Below, one piece after another: positions 1-13,311 of a DNA stretch of 64,000 bases (the first letter of the stretch is position 1; the number at the start of each line of letters is the position of its first letter). The position numbers were made by a program, and so were the translations under genes. The DNA comes from Eledone cirrhosa (Eukaryota), in contig OZ024742.1 of assembly GCA_964016885.1 (NCBI GenBank), forward strand, positions 251,224,001-251,288,000, read 5' to 3'. The notes under the pieces are model-generated. The model was not told where the DNA came from and ran no database searches. It saw only the letters and a program-made list of their open reading frames with translations.

Positions 1-420
1 AATAATGTTGTCCGAGAAAAGGCAAAGGCCAATAAAGTTTGGGACTAGTAACGTTGCATCATATACACATTATATATACATTATGTACACTATATATGAT
101 GTCCAAGGGAAAGGTAAAGGTCAATACAGTTTGGTACCAGTGGTGTCACAATTCATTTCTAAAGCTGAATGCATCACCCAGTCTGGGACTCGAACTCTCC
201 ATACTACACACATGCAGCAGTTGTCTTCTAAAAAAGCATATTTTCAAGTATTGAGGAAGTTTTGTCTTTATTCTGATATATATATATATTACTTCTACTT
301 TTTTCTTCTCACCCGTCTATTTTTCTCTCCCACCCTAGTACTCCACCATGCCTAATCTCTAAAAACATTTTTTCCAATTCCACCCCGCCCGTCTCTGCAA
401 TCTTTCTAATTTCTCATTCT

Positions 421-458
421 TTCTTCTGATGAAGGACTAGCGTCCGAAACGTTAAAAC
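421..458 (+). ncRNA. Minimal hammerhead-ribozyme-like motif (probable Penelope-like element 3' end)
   Basis: CTGATGA(426-432)-A-GGAC/TAGC/GTCC-GAAAC-GTTA; stem I pairs only about 2 bp, so probably decayed. Confidence 0.55.
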
Positions 459-1659
459 CTTCTTCCTGCTTTTTCAAGCGTTAACCTAATATATTCCTTC
501 CATATACTGTACCAATTGTGTTGTTATTTCTGTTTACCTTTTACATATATATATGTGTGTGAGTGCTGATATGGCTGTATGGTTAAGGAGTCTGCATCAC
601 AATTATACACAATCGACAGCTAGTGGTTATGTCTTGGAAGCTGCTACAGTGCAGGTGAGGTTGTAAAGATTAAAGTAACAAAATCAAGTGAAGAACGAGG
701 GAGGTGAGGTTGAGTGAAGAACAGGGAGAAAAACAAGAATCAGAAATAATGTTACCTTAGAAATATTTATGAGCTCCTATATATTTAAGAGATACCATCT
801 ATTATCAGGGAATCAATTGGGAACCTTGAAGAACCCCACTCGGAGGCATACAAGGTCCTTTTCAACATATATACATACGTACAAGTGTGAGTGTGTGTGT
901 GTGTGTGTGAGACTGTATATCTGAGTGTGTTTATGTCCAATAACTTAGTGATTAAATAAAAAGAAATCAATAAAATAAGTATCAAACTTGAAATGAAAAT
1001 TGAAAAAAGTACTGGGGTCAGTAGTGGTTATTAGGCAGTGCCCCAGCATGGTCACAGTCTAATAACCAAAACCACTCACATAATAGGTTTCTGTGTGAAA
1101 ATGGAGCAGTGGAGAAGAAATTGGTAGGGGTAGTTAGTTATTAACCCTTTAAATATCAAACCACATGAAACTGTTCTGGGTTCTATGATACAATACTGTT
1201 TGTTTTAAAGTATTTATGGTTATCTAAAAGCTTTCCATTATAATTTTATGTAAGAACCTTTGTTCTGTTACATTCCAAACACCAACTTAATAATTGTTTC
1301 TACTTTTTGGCACAAGGCCAGCAATTACCCAGTACATTACTGGTACTTTATTTTATCGACCCCGTAAGGAAATAATGACAAATAAGTTTGGCGAATTCTT
1401 AATTTTTTTTTTTTCATCATTTGAAATATATACAGGATTTTTAAAAATTAGAAATAAGGTAATGAAAGAGTTAACGAAGTGGTGGTGGTAGTGGTAGTGG
1501 TGGGTCAATAGAAATTGTAAAGAAGAGAGAAAAGAAAAGATAGGTAGATATTTTGAATACTGTCAATTAATCATCATTAGTGAGTTACTAGTTTAAATGG
1601 TTTATGTGTCTACTTTCTCAGATTTGCACCATTTACGAGATTTATCCATTTTACTATTG

Positions 1660-1930
1660 ATTAAACATATATACTATAGTACTACAGTACATTATATAAA
1701 GTACTGTAGTACTATATTTACTGATTTAAAGTACTGTAGTACTATTCTGATATAAGAACTATAGCATATGTACTATAGTATATATATACTGTAGAACTAT
1801 ATATACTATAGTATATTATATATTACAGTATATTATATACTATAGTATATTTATTGTAACAGTATATTACTACATGAACTAAAGTATATATACTTTAGCA
1901 CTATATGTATTATACTTTAGCACATATATA
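1660..1930. repeat. Degenerate AT-rich tandem of palindromic TACTATAGTA-like units
   Basis: Repeated tactatagta / tactgtagta motifs. Confidence 0.6.
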
Positions 1931-2677
1931 TATAAAGAAAAACAGGCCCTTAAATATATTTTCCGTGCTATTTCCAATTTCACCTTTTCTCTATAACCAC
2001 TGTAATGTATAGAAACTTAGTTCCCTTTTCAAATATATATATATATATATATAGTACTATAGTATATGTACTGTTATAATATATGTATCATAGCCAGTAA
2101 TGCAGCAAAAGAAAAATACCAAAACAAAATAAAAACATGTACAGCTCAAATCAATAAACAGCCTTAGCATCTCAGCATGGTTAAACATGGATAGCAAGCA
2201 ACTATAACTTTCCTCATGGTTGCTCTAAAAGTGATACCTCACAAAAACTGAGGATCTCTTAGGGTGAACACTTGTTATTAACATAGCTAGGCTTCATAAC
2301 CATTGAGGATTTGTCATGGTGACCACACATCTTTATCATAGCTAGGATCTTAATCACATCTAAAAGACTCACCCAATCTCACCAGTCCTGGGTGGCTTAC
2401 AAAAGCCATGCCCACTGCCCTTTCTCCCAGACCTATGCAAATAATATATAATATTGTAACACATCGTATGTAGTCGTGTAGGTGACACAACAAAAAGCAC
2501 CAAGTACTGACTGTAAATGTGGTTGGCAATAGGAAGGGCATCCAGTCATAGAAACCGAGCCAGGATCAGTTCTGTATGAGTAAGACATGGTCATCTGACC
2601 TGGCTTGTCTCAAAACAGGACAACTAGTTTAAAGTGGACTTTAAGTAGTGATGATGAATATATATACTGTATGTATG

Positions 2678-3315
<638 letters not shown>

Positions 3316-3326
3316 TATATATATAC

Positions 3327-3358
<32 letters not shown>

Positions 3359-3363
3359 ATATG

Positions 3364-3396
<33 letters not shown>

Positions 3397-3469
3397 GTAT
3401 ATGTTTATATATATATATATGTATATATATGAATATATGTATATATACATATATATGTATATATATGAA

Positions 3470-3523
<54 letters not shown>

Positions 3524-3563
3524 TATGTATATGTTTATATATATATATATGTATATATATGAA

Positions 3564-3613
<50 letters not shown>

Positions 3614-3642
3614 TATATGTATAAATATATATATATGTATAT

Positions 3643-5548
3643 ATCATCATCATCATCATCATCAACGTTTAACGTCCGTGTTCCACGCTTGCTTGGGTTT
3701 GGACGGGGGTAGTCCCACTTGAGGCAAGAGTGATTGTCTTGCTCGCATAGGACTGTCTGGCAGGTTTTCTACAGTTGGATGCCCTTCCTAACACCAACCA
3801 CATTTACAGTGTGGGTCTGGGAGGTTTTTACCGTGTTGCCTACACGGCCACATTACAGCGTGGACTGTGTGTTTTTTTGTCGTGACACCTACACGATCTC
3901 ATTTGTTTCGGCCTCGATGGCGCGGCACCAACATAACTTTACATAGAACGGGGTGGTGTGGATGGGGTGGGGGCGGGGGTGGTGGGACGGGGTGTATTTT
4001 GTTAGAGATGCCTACTGGCTGGAGTAGGTTTTACTATATATTTAGGTAAGGCGGGTCTTCTCTGTTACTGAGTACCGCCAAAGGTCTCGGTCCAGTGACA
4101 TTGTCTTGGAGAGGTGTAAGTGTGTGATGTCGGAGTTTATCAGCTCGTCCCAGGTTTTCCTAGGTCTGCCTATTCCGTGACTACCGTCTATCTTTATTGC
4201 CCTGCACTTTGTTATACAGCTATCGACTTTCATGCGCATCACGTGTCCATACCAACGTAGCCTTCTCTCGAGTAAACAACATCTGATCCCTCTTATCTCT
4301 AATTTTTTCCTTAGTTCGTTTATGCTTTGCTGTTCACGTATATTACTGTTACACATCCAGCGGAGCATGCAAGCTTCGTTCCTCTCTAGTCTGCGTATAT
4401 CCTCTGCACACAATGCCCAGGTCTCACTGCCGTGCAGCATTGCTGTTCGTATGCAGGCATCGTACAACCTGCCTTTCATTTTTAGTGAGAACCCTTTAGC
4501 AGCTAATAGTGGTATAAGCTCTCTGAACTTTTTCCAACCAGTTCTGACTCTAGCTACAGTACTTTCAGAGCACCCTCCCCCACTGCTGATTTTATCGCCC
4601 AGGTAACGGAAGCTGTCCACTATTTCTATAGAACCCTCTGCGCAATTGAAAGAGCTAGTAGTTTGTGGGCACTTGCTGCTACTTATTGCACCAGAGCACC
4701 GGCCACATGTAAAATCTATGTTCTTAGTTAGCTTACCTGTGATCCCACTACATCTTTTATGCACCCATACTTTGCATTTAGGACATAAAATGGAGTTTCT
4801 ACCTACGCCTTTCCTACACACCGAGCACGACCATTTCCCAGAAGGGACCGCCGCCTTGTTTTCTTTCCTACAAACTAGTACTTTGGTCTTAGCCAGGTTA
4901 ATTTTAAGTCCTTTTGACTCTAGGCCGTGCTTCCATGTTTGGAATTTCTTCTCTAGCTCGGCCATTGATTCCGCTATGAGTGTCAGGTCGTCTGCGTATA
5001 GGAGTTCCCATGGGCAGCCTGTCTTGAACTCCTCTGTTATAGCCTGAAGGGCAATAATAAATAGTAGTGGGCTGAGAACAGAGCCCTGATGGACGCCAAC
5101 TTTTACGCTAAACTCTTCACTATATTCGTTGTTAATTCTAACCTTGCTGACTGTTTCTTTATACATGGCTTGTATAGCCCTCACAAGCCATTCGTCAACG
5201 CCTAGTTTTCTAAGAGCCCACCAGATAATGGAGCGGGGGACTCTGTCGAAGGCTTTCTCCAAGTCGACAAAAGCTAAGTAGAGGGGTTTACCTTTAGCTA
5301 GGTACTTCTCCTGTAGTTGTCGTACTATGAAAAGAGCGTCTGTGGTACTTTTGTCTGACACAAACCCGAACTGCATTTCATCTAGGTCAATTCTCTCTCT
5401 GATTAGTTGCGCTATTACTTTTTCCGTGACCTTCATGACCTGGTCGATTAATTTAATGCCTCTATAGTTACTCCTATCTAGGGCGTCTCCTTTACCCTTA
5501 TAACAGTTAACGATGATGCTGCTATGCCAGTCCTTCGGAACAACCCCA
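3643..5548 (-). mobile_element. 5'-truncated RTE-clade LINE with (GAT)n tail
   Basis: RT ORF, 3' UTR and (cat)n tail at 3643-3663; 5' end breaks off at a (TA)n tract. Confidence 0.92.
4042..5548 (-). CDS. RTE ORF2 fragment: reverse transcriptase + PHD-like finger + C-terminus, uninterrupted ~500 aa (no true start; the IYIY N-terminus of the listed ORF is microsatellite)
   Basis: [68 protein letters not shown] motifs. Confidence 0.9.
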
Positions 5549-5592
<44 letters not shown>

Positions 5593-5607
5593 AAATATAT
5601 ATATATG

Positions 5608-5683
<76 letters not shown>

Positions 5684-5741
5684 TGTATATATATGTATAT
5701 ATGTATATATGTATATATGTATATATATATATGTATATATG

Positions 5742-5832
<91 letters not shown>

Positions 5833-5834
5833 AA

Positions 5835-5884
<50 letters not shown>

Positions 5885-6023
5885 GTATATGTATATATAT
5901 ATATATTGTTATGCTTTGGGAGGGTCATGTTGCCAATAAATACATATATATATATAAAGACATATATATACATATATATATATATATGTATCTATATAGA
6001 AGTAGTAACACAACACTTAGTTC

Positions 6024-6076
6024 ACCATACCGAGAACAATTGTTTCACCTTATGCGGATCTTCAGCTCGGACTGGT
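6024..6076 (-). ncRNA. Type-I hammerhead ribozyme motif
   Basis: Minus strand ACCAGTCCGAG-CTGAAGA-TCC GCATAA GGT-GAAACAATTGTT-CTCGGTATGGT: stem I 5 bp + 4 bp, palindromic stem III ACAATTGT, GUU site. Confidence 0.8.
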
Positions 6077-6238
6077 CATGATTATACAGAACAGGAAGAA
6101 CGGCCATATGAACGCGCATGCGCAGAAACAGTCACTTTACCCAAGCGATACAAAACCACGGGTGAAAGGTGTAAGGGAGATAACTGCGAAAGTCCAGAAA
6201 AGATGGTTGAGTTGATTAGAAAATTAGAATGTTGTTAT

Positions 6239-6504
6239 TCAATCCGGAGCTTTGCAGTTATGCAAGAGGTGTTTCCAGACATGTAGACAACGTGAGAAGA
6301 TTTCATTTCTTGAATTTAGGCAATCGCTATTGCGTAATCTCCTTAGAATATTTATCTTTTCTTCAATAGACAGTTCACAAGACGGATTACGCCTTGCGTA
6401 TGGCTTGGACTTAGTGATGGCTTTCCATTGAATGGAGTAGTCTATACCTGAGTCCTTGTGGGACCATATGTGGCTTGCGAGTTTCGTGGATGATTGTTTA
6501 TCCG
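6239..6504 (-). pseudogene. Penelope-type GIY-YIG endonuclease C-terminal fragment (absent from the ORF track)
   Basis: [87 protein letters not shown]; fits the PLE EN pattern L..HIW..K...I.W....CxLCxxEK...LNxRxE...CxH. Confidence 0.8.
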
Positions 6505-6647
6505 GGTACTACTTCTACCAAAGTCATCTCTTGGACTGAGTGCTCTACCACTACGGATATTACTTTCCAGTATTCTATCTCTATGTATATATATATATGT
6601 ATATATATATGTGTGTGTATATAGATATATATATATATGTATATATA

Positions 6648-6990
<343 letters not shown>

Positions 6991-7004
6991 TATGTATATA
7001 TATT

Positions 7005-7058
<54 letters not shown>

Positions 7059-7060
<2 letters not shown>

Positions 7061-7425
7061 AAGGATAACAAAATATCGTTTTAGGTAATCCAGTTTGAGG
7101 TTAGAGGTTGTGAATACTCTGTATTGTGGATAGTTTTAGCATACAGCGTTGTTTGACTCACCAAGAGGTTTCCGTAGGTGGCGAGTTTGTGAGTTCTCTT
7201 GAATTCCTATGTAAGTTTATCTTGGAGTAATAATATTGAAAGAGTGAAGAATAACATGGTCAACAGTACAAAGAAGGTTTTTATTTACAGTATTAACAAT
7301 TGTTTTACTGATTAAGTTAATACTGTAAATAAAAACCTTTTATGCTAAAACTATCCACAATACAGAGTATTCACAACCTCTAACCTCAAACTGGATTACC
7401 TAAAACGATATTTTGTTATCCCTTA
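7059..7425. repeat. Fold-back cassette: ~85-bp inverted arms plus nested 24-bp hairpin, in (TA)n
   Basis: 7059-7143 vs 7341-7425 near-identical inverted; aaggtttttatttacagtattaac / gttaatactgtaaataaaaacctt inner hairpin. Confidence 0.9.
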
Positions 7426-7556
7426 TATATATATACATATATATATATATACACACATATATATATACATACATCATCATCATCGTTTAACGTCTATATT
7501 CCACGCTAGCATGGGTTTAGACGGAAATTGTCCCACTTGAGGCAAGATCTGTCTGT

Positions 7557-7610
7557 GATGGAGGGTCTGTGGTTTTTCTCACATGTGAGAAAAACCACAG
7601 ACCCTCCATC
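7557..7610. repeat. Perfect 54-bp palindrome
   Basis: gatggagggtctgtggtttttctcaca|tgtgagaaaaaccacagaccctccatc. Confidence 0.95.
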
Positions 7611-7721
7611 TTGACTCTACTTTTGAAAAACAGAAGAACTGCAAAACCGGTAAAGGAACCAAATAAATATATATTTAAAAAAAAAATATTCCAGTTGCAT
7701 TTTCCATTTCATCTTTTTTCC

Positions 7722-7960
7722 TTATATATATAGTGAAAAATGGAATGGGAACAACAAAACAGAGAGGCAGTACAAACAAAGGTTTATTAGTTTCATGCTC
7801 TTGAGAGTGGGGGGGGGGGGCGTTTCGGGCATAAGCCCTTCTTCAGGAGAAAAGTGGGTGGGAAGAGAGTTCCGAGGGTATGTAGGGAGTGGTGGAGAGA
7901 CATTTAGAAAAAATGGGGGAGAGGAAAGGGAGGAAAAACGGTGGAAGGGGTACAAATAAA
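7722..7960 (-). mobile_element. Penelope-like 3' terminal segment with hammerhead core (same family as 54830-55020)
   Basis: Minus 7821-7846 CTGAAGA-A-GGGC TTAT GCCC-GAAACG; downstream gtactgcctctctgtt shared with the 54.9-kb copy. Confidence 0.65.
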
Positions 7961-8595
7961 AATAAAAATAAACATGAAGATAAACAAGAGGTGGAAAGGT
8001 GTGGGGCGTGTAGGGGTGGTGGCGGGTGGAGTGGGGAGAGGGAGGTGGGGTGTCCGAGCAGGGAGGGCTGAAGCTGGTGTTTGTGTATGTGTGTGTGTGT
8101 GTATGTGAATGTGAGAGTTGGGGGAAGAACGAGGTTCCATGTTCAGGAAAAGGTGCGTGTGTGGGGTGGGGTGTAGGTCGGTGTGTGCGCGCGTGTGGAT
8201 GGGGAGGGGCCAGAGGGGGGTGGGGTGGGGGTGGGGGGTAGGATTACGGAGGCTGAGTGTGTATATATGTGGGGGTATGCACGTGTGTGTTGGTGTTTAT
8301 ACGTTTTGTGGATGTAGGTGGCGTGGTTCAAAAAAGAATTGCGACTGTATGTCCGTGGGTAAGTTCCTAAGGTAGTTCCATAGAGGATCTGAAGAGATAC
8401 CGGATATTTTCCATGTTATGGAGTGGATAGTGGGAACGATGGCTGATGGTGTGTAATCCATTGGTTGTGGTGGTCAGAAGAGGGGAGATGATATAAAATT
8501 GCCTTGTCTGACGAACGAATGAGGATGTTTCTTGTATTCATCTTATTCAGTAAACCTCTGGTAATGAGGTAATTATATTGTATTATTTATTATAC

Positions 8596-8650
<55 letters not shown>

Positions 8651-8810
8651 GTATATATATATATATATGTTTTTGTGTATATATATATATATATATATAT
8701 ATTGGAAAATGTGTGAAATCCTTGGTACAGTTAGGTATATTTGAAAAAAGGAAAAGAATGACTTCACTTGTAGTTCTAAACAATTTGATTTAATTTTATA
8801 ATATTATATA

Positions 8811-8867
<57 letters not shown>

Positions 8868-8980
8868 GTATATATATGTATATATATATATGTATGTGTG
8901 TGTATGTATAAATATATGTGTGTATATATATGTATACATATATATGCATATATACATATATATATATACATATATGTGTG

Positions 8981-9020
<40 letters not shown>

Positions 9021-9131
9021 TATACATATGTATACATATATTCATATATACATATGTATACACATATATACATATATATATATACAGATGTATACTTATA
9101 TATACATATATATATATATACATATGTATAC

Positions 9132-9162
<31 letters not shown>

Positions 9163-9164
<2 letters not shown>

Positions 9165-9554
9165 AGAAGAAGTTAATATCCCCACAGGTACTAAGTACCC
9201 CTGGAAATATATAGGGTGTCTATGATACAGTGGTTCTTCTATGGTATTAATTTCACATACCAGAACTATAAAATTGAAATAAGCGGAGCAAGCAATATTC
9301 AAACAATTACGGCCCCATTCGATCCTGTGCTAGCTGGCAGATGGCAATATATTTTGCCGTTCCTGGGACTTATGTCCTAGGTAAGGAAAATGCTCTCTGA
9401 TGATCTGAACATTTCCATTGGAGGTCCCTAGGGATCTCCAATCTTTTGTGAAGTGAAACCGTCGGTAAAAGCAAATGGAATAGGTAAATATTTAAATTAT
9501 ATTTTTTAATTTATTTTAAAAAGTTGTTTGAATCTTGCTTGCTCCTCTTATCTC

Positions 9555-9563
<9 letters not shown>
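9163..9563 (+). mobile_element. Non-coding PLE-like cassette: inverted tail + hammerhead + tail, in (TA)n
   Basis: 40-bp inverted arms 9267-9306 / 9524-9563 with a hammerhead between them. Confidence 0.7.
9391..9473 (+). ncRNA. Hammerhead motif with extended stem II
   Basis: TGCTCT-CTGATGA(9397-9403)...TTGGAGGTCCCTAGGGATCTCCAA hairpin...GAAACCGTCGGTA-AAAGCA; near-palindromic stem III, GUA site. Confidence 0.65.
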
Positions 9564-9620
<57 letters not shown>

Positions 9621-9646
9621 TTTCCAGTTTGGCCTTCAGTCGTATA

Positions 9647-9741
9647 CAGGGTGTCCCAAAAATGTATACACACGTTGATTACCTATAAAGGCAATATTTA
9701 TTAGAATTCTGTTGAAGTGTGTCTATTTTTTGGGGGACACC

Positions 9742-9744
<3 letters not shown>
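9647..9744. mobile_element. Tiny (98 bp) Tc1/mariner-type MITE
   Basis: TIRs CAGGGTGTCCC..AAAAA..ACACAC; TA on left, TG (mutated TA?) on right. Confidence 0.65.
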
Positions 9745-9788
<44 letters not shown>

Positions 9789-10138
9789 CATACCCACCCA
9801 CACCATCTTTGAGATAATATCTGCTTACCTCCGTGTCTTTGTTTTGTGTTGGTTTCATGTCTTATTAATGTAAATATGGGTTTCTTTCCTTGGTTAATAT
9901 AGAACATAAGAAGAGGAATCGTATAATCAGAGTGTGTCCGACACTGCCACTAGCTGAACACTAATGACAGGCCATATATTAGGAATTAATGAGTTACCAA
10001 GAATATGGAAGAAATAAGCAAAGGACAATAACAACAACTACAACAATAAGAACACATTCCTCTTTCTCTAATTCTTGCTCTCTCTCAACTGTCACATTTC
10101 AATATGTAATTAACTAAAAATTTCACAAATAAATTAAT

Positions 10139-10212
<74 letters not shown>

Positions 10213-10353
10213 AGCCACATTACATATTCGTGATTGTGTGTTTATGTGTGAAAGTCCAGCCCTAACCTAAATGTACCAGCTGCCACTAACTGGATCAAAA
10301 GAGAGAGACGTAGAGAGTGAGGGTACCTGAGAGAGAAAGAGGAAATGAATGAG

Positions 10354-10392
<39 letters not shown>

Positions 10393-10550
10393 TGTACTGG
10401 AAAGAGAAAGAGAAAGAGAAAGAGATAGAGAATGAGAGACAGAATATATTTTTAGTGGATTAGAGTAAAGTTTTGTGCCAAATATTGGCGAAGGACCAGG
10501 CTGAGTCAGAAAATTATACATAATTTTGTTTTATAGTAAACTATGACTAG

Positions 10551-10872
10551 ATGGTGGTAGCAGTGGTGGTACTGTTGTTGATGTTGTTGTTGTTGTTGGT
10601 GTTGGTGGGATGGGTGGTGTTTTCTGATGATGGTAGCAATGGTGGTATTGTTGTTGTGGTGATGCTGGTTGTGTTGGTGTTTTATGGTGGTGGCAGTGGT
10701 GGTATGTTGTTGTTGTTGATGGAGGACCTGATGTTTACTGAGTTGTTGGTGGTGGTGTTGGTGTTGGTGGGATGGGTGATGTTTTCTGATGATGGTAGCA
10801 ATGGTGGTATTATTGTTGTAGTGATGCTGGTTGTGTTGGTGTTTTATGGTGGTGGCAGTGGTGGTATGTTGA
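10551..10872. repeat. (GTT/GGT) low-complexity tract with internal direct duplication
   Basis: gttttctgatgatggtagcaatggtggtatt...ggcagtggtggtatgttg occurs twice. Confidence 0.75.
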
Positions 10873-11005
10873 TGGCTCTATCCACAGATCAGTGGATAGA
10901 GCCATCAACTATCACCACAGAAATGTGCATAACAGCAAATTACGTAGTAAAGGAGATTATAGAAATCTAGCCTTAGTATTCATCATTATTTTACAAATAC
11001 TCCAT

Positions 11006-11118
11006 TCCGAGTTCAAATCCCGCCGAGGTTAACTTTGCCTTTCATCCTTATGGGGTCGATAAAATAAAGTACCAGTAATACACTGGGTAATTGCTGGCCT
11101 CGTGGCAAAAGTAGAAAC
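11006..11118 (+). mobile_element. 5'-truncated tRNA-derived SINE (family A) with 22-bp TSD
   Basis: B-box GAGTTCAAATCC; TSD cattattttacaaatactccat at 10984-11005 and 11119-11140. Confidence 0.85.
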
Positions 11119-11356
11119 CATTATTTTACAAATACTCCATCATGTACTACCCAGGTGGTCCTACATGATGATTGGAAAGCTGCATAATACACCGTTGTTT
11201 ATTGATTAGGGTGATGCAAATGCAACCCCAACTGCTAATTAATCTACATTTAATAACACAACAATATATATATATGTAATATTTAATATAGAAATGGCTT
11301 CTACAGGACTAGAACTGTTTCATTCAAAGGAAATCAATATATATATATATATGGAT

Positions 11357-11500
11357 GGAGGCACATGGCTTAGTGGTTAGAGCATTGGCCTTGCAATCGA
11401 AAGGTTGTGAGTTCAATTCTCAGACCGGGTGATGTGTTGTTTCCTTGAGCAAGACACTTTATTTCCCATTGCTCCAGTTTACTCAGCTGTAGAAATGAGA
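11357..11500 (+). mobile_element. tRNA-derived SINE (family B) head
   Basis: A-box TGGCTTAGTGG, B-box GAGTTCAATTC, ccttgagcaagacactt core; relatives at 51525-51830 (+) and 62560-62845 (-). Confidence 0.75.
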
Positions 11501-11708
11501 TGATAGGGACTGGAGTCCAAATCATTCCACTGCAAAGTGGTCGTGGAGGTGCCACGGCAAAAAAAGCACCCAGCACTCACTGTATATGAGGTTGGTGTTA
11601 GGAAGGGCATCCAGGTGTAGAAATCAAGCCAGAATCAGTTCCCGTCCCACCCTTGCAGGCAGGGAAAAAGCGGACGTAAAATGAAATGAAATGAATGATA
11701 TATATATA

Positions 11709-12500
11709 TAACTTTGATAACTTTAATAGGTTTCGGCCAGTATTGGTCCAGACCATGTATAACTTAATAGCACCACTTGGCGAAGTCTTTCATATCAGGA
11801 TTTGGGCACCATGGCCCACTGAAGTAGAGAGTTATTGTTTAAGGAGACATATCCAAGTGTAGGAGGTTTATCTGGGATTTCTTAAGGGAATCTTTTCAAA
11901 GACTACTTGAACTTTATGGGGTCTGTTTCTGTTTTAATGTGTTTTTGTGTAATGTTAAAGAGAGCGGGACCAATTGTGAAATAATTGTGCTGTATTGTTG
12001 TTATGAGATGCAAATGTGCTTTTTGTTGTGGGCGGATAGTATGGTACCCAAGCCTTGGGTGTACCTTAAAGGTGATTCCAACATCATTTGGGCAATGCTG
12101 ATGGAATATTTTCCACATAATGCAGATGATGTAGCCCTCACGGCGACGTTGGAGAGAATAAAGTTTGAGCTTTTCTAGTCGACCCCAATTGTCAAGGCCT
12201 GTCATGTCATCTATCTTTTTTGTAATTGACCTTTGAGGTGCTTCAACTTTCATGATATTTTGTTTCATGTGGGGAAACCACAATGGGCAACAGTATTCAA
12301 GGTCAGGCAAAAGTCGAGAAGAGAAGGATAATGGTGTGGATATCTCTCGACTGGAAAGTTCTGAAAATCCAGGAACATATTCTGCAGGCCATGTCAACTT
12401 TGCTGTTTATATGAGCTTATGTTGTTGTCCACAATTACTCCCAAATATCTGATGTTGTATGCTACGAGTGTTTCACCTGGAGGAAGGGAGTATGGGAGTT
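11709..12500 (-). mobile_element. Decayed CR1/L2-like LINE 3' fragment
   Basis: LEYCCPLWFPH, QRSITKKI, LEKLKLYSLQRRRE motifs; short tandem AAAGTTATC tail on minus strand. Confidence 0.7.
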
Positions 12501-13014
12501 TCAGGGTGTCCTCTTTTCCAAATTGGGTTAACTCAAATTTATCCTCGTTCAGCACAATACACTCAGTAGGAAAGGCATCAAGCTACAGACACCATGCCAG
12601 ATATGGAATATATGACCAAGATATAGTTTCTCTGACCAATTTAGTCTCAGACCATGTCAACACACCCAACTTATGAAGCCTGCACCAGAAAACTGCATAA
12701 AATGATATATATATATATACAAATGATATGTATATATATATATATATATACATGTGTCTATATGTGCATGCGTATATATTTACATATATCTCTGATGTCA
12801 ACTCTCCATATTTCTTTTCAATGGCTGACAATACCTTACCGGCGCCACTCGAATAAGGTAGTTATTTAACCCATAAATGGAGCCCTAACAGGTACTACCA
12901 CCCCGGGCCAGGGCAGACCTGGGAGTCATGACAACTAAGGGGTAACTCCACATTCCCCACAACTCCTGAACTCCCGAACTGGAGCCTTGCCACTGGATGT
13001 AGTTTAATGTCATA

Positions 13015-13200
13015 CTCAGTGCTCCTTTGGAAGCCCCTACATGGACACACTAGAAGAGGAAGACCAAGGTTAACGTATGTTGATGCCCTAAGGACAGACA
13101 CTGGTCTGTTGGAGATGCAGGACATGGCAGCGATAATGAGGGACAGAGACCGCTGGAGAGAACTCGTCCATGGATCTCGGGAATTTTACCCGCCTTAGAT
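13015..13200 (+). mobile_element. RTE-like LINE C-terminal remnant (second family)
   Basis: LLWKPLHGHTRRGRPRLTYVDALRTDTG...RDRDRWR. Confidence 0.65.
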
Positions 13201-13311
13201 AGATATCTCTGATTATTGAGTTATTTTAATTCGTTTGATTATTTTAACTCTTTCAGTCATCAAGCAAACATTGTTAAGGCGGATATTGCACACACACACA
13301 TATACATATAT

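Larger units (their letters stand above)
5997..6572 (-). mobile_element. 5'-truncated Penelope-like element (GIY-YIG C-terminus, 3' UTR with hammerhead, inverted tail) in (TA)n
   Basis: Manual translation of minus 6504-6239, hammerhead at 6024-6076, tactacttcta (6507-6517) inverted to tagaagtagta (5997-6007), (TA)n flanks. Confidence 0.8.

Noticed and set aside
8330-8560. Possible PLE ORF remnant upstream of the 7.8-kb hammerhead
   Set aside because: No convincing protein motif recovered by manual translation
10623-10795. CTGATGA occurrences as hammerhead cores
   Set aside because: Inside low-complexity GGT/GAT sequence, with no stem II or GAAA partner
11357-11430. tRNA gene
   Set aside because: A/B boxes are present but there is no cloverleaf acceptor stem, and it continues into a SINE body
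11715-11800. Minus-strand hairpin + GAAAC and TGGTGCTATTA resembling the ribozyme cassettes
   Set aside because: No intact CTGANGA; position and tandem tail fit the 3' UTR stem-loop of the adjacent CR1/L2-like LINE
12880-13005. GC-rich repeat as an HDV-like ribozyme
   Set aside because: Could not build the P1-P2-P3-P1.1-P4 nested pseudoknot order by eye; only a simple hairpin. An Infernal search would settle it
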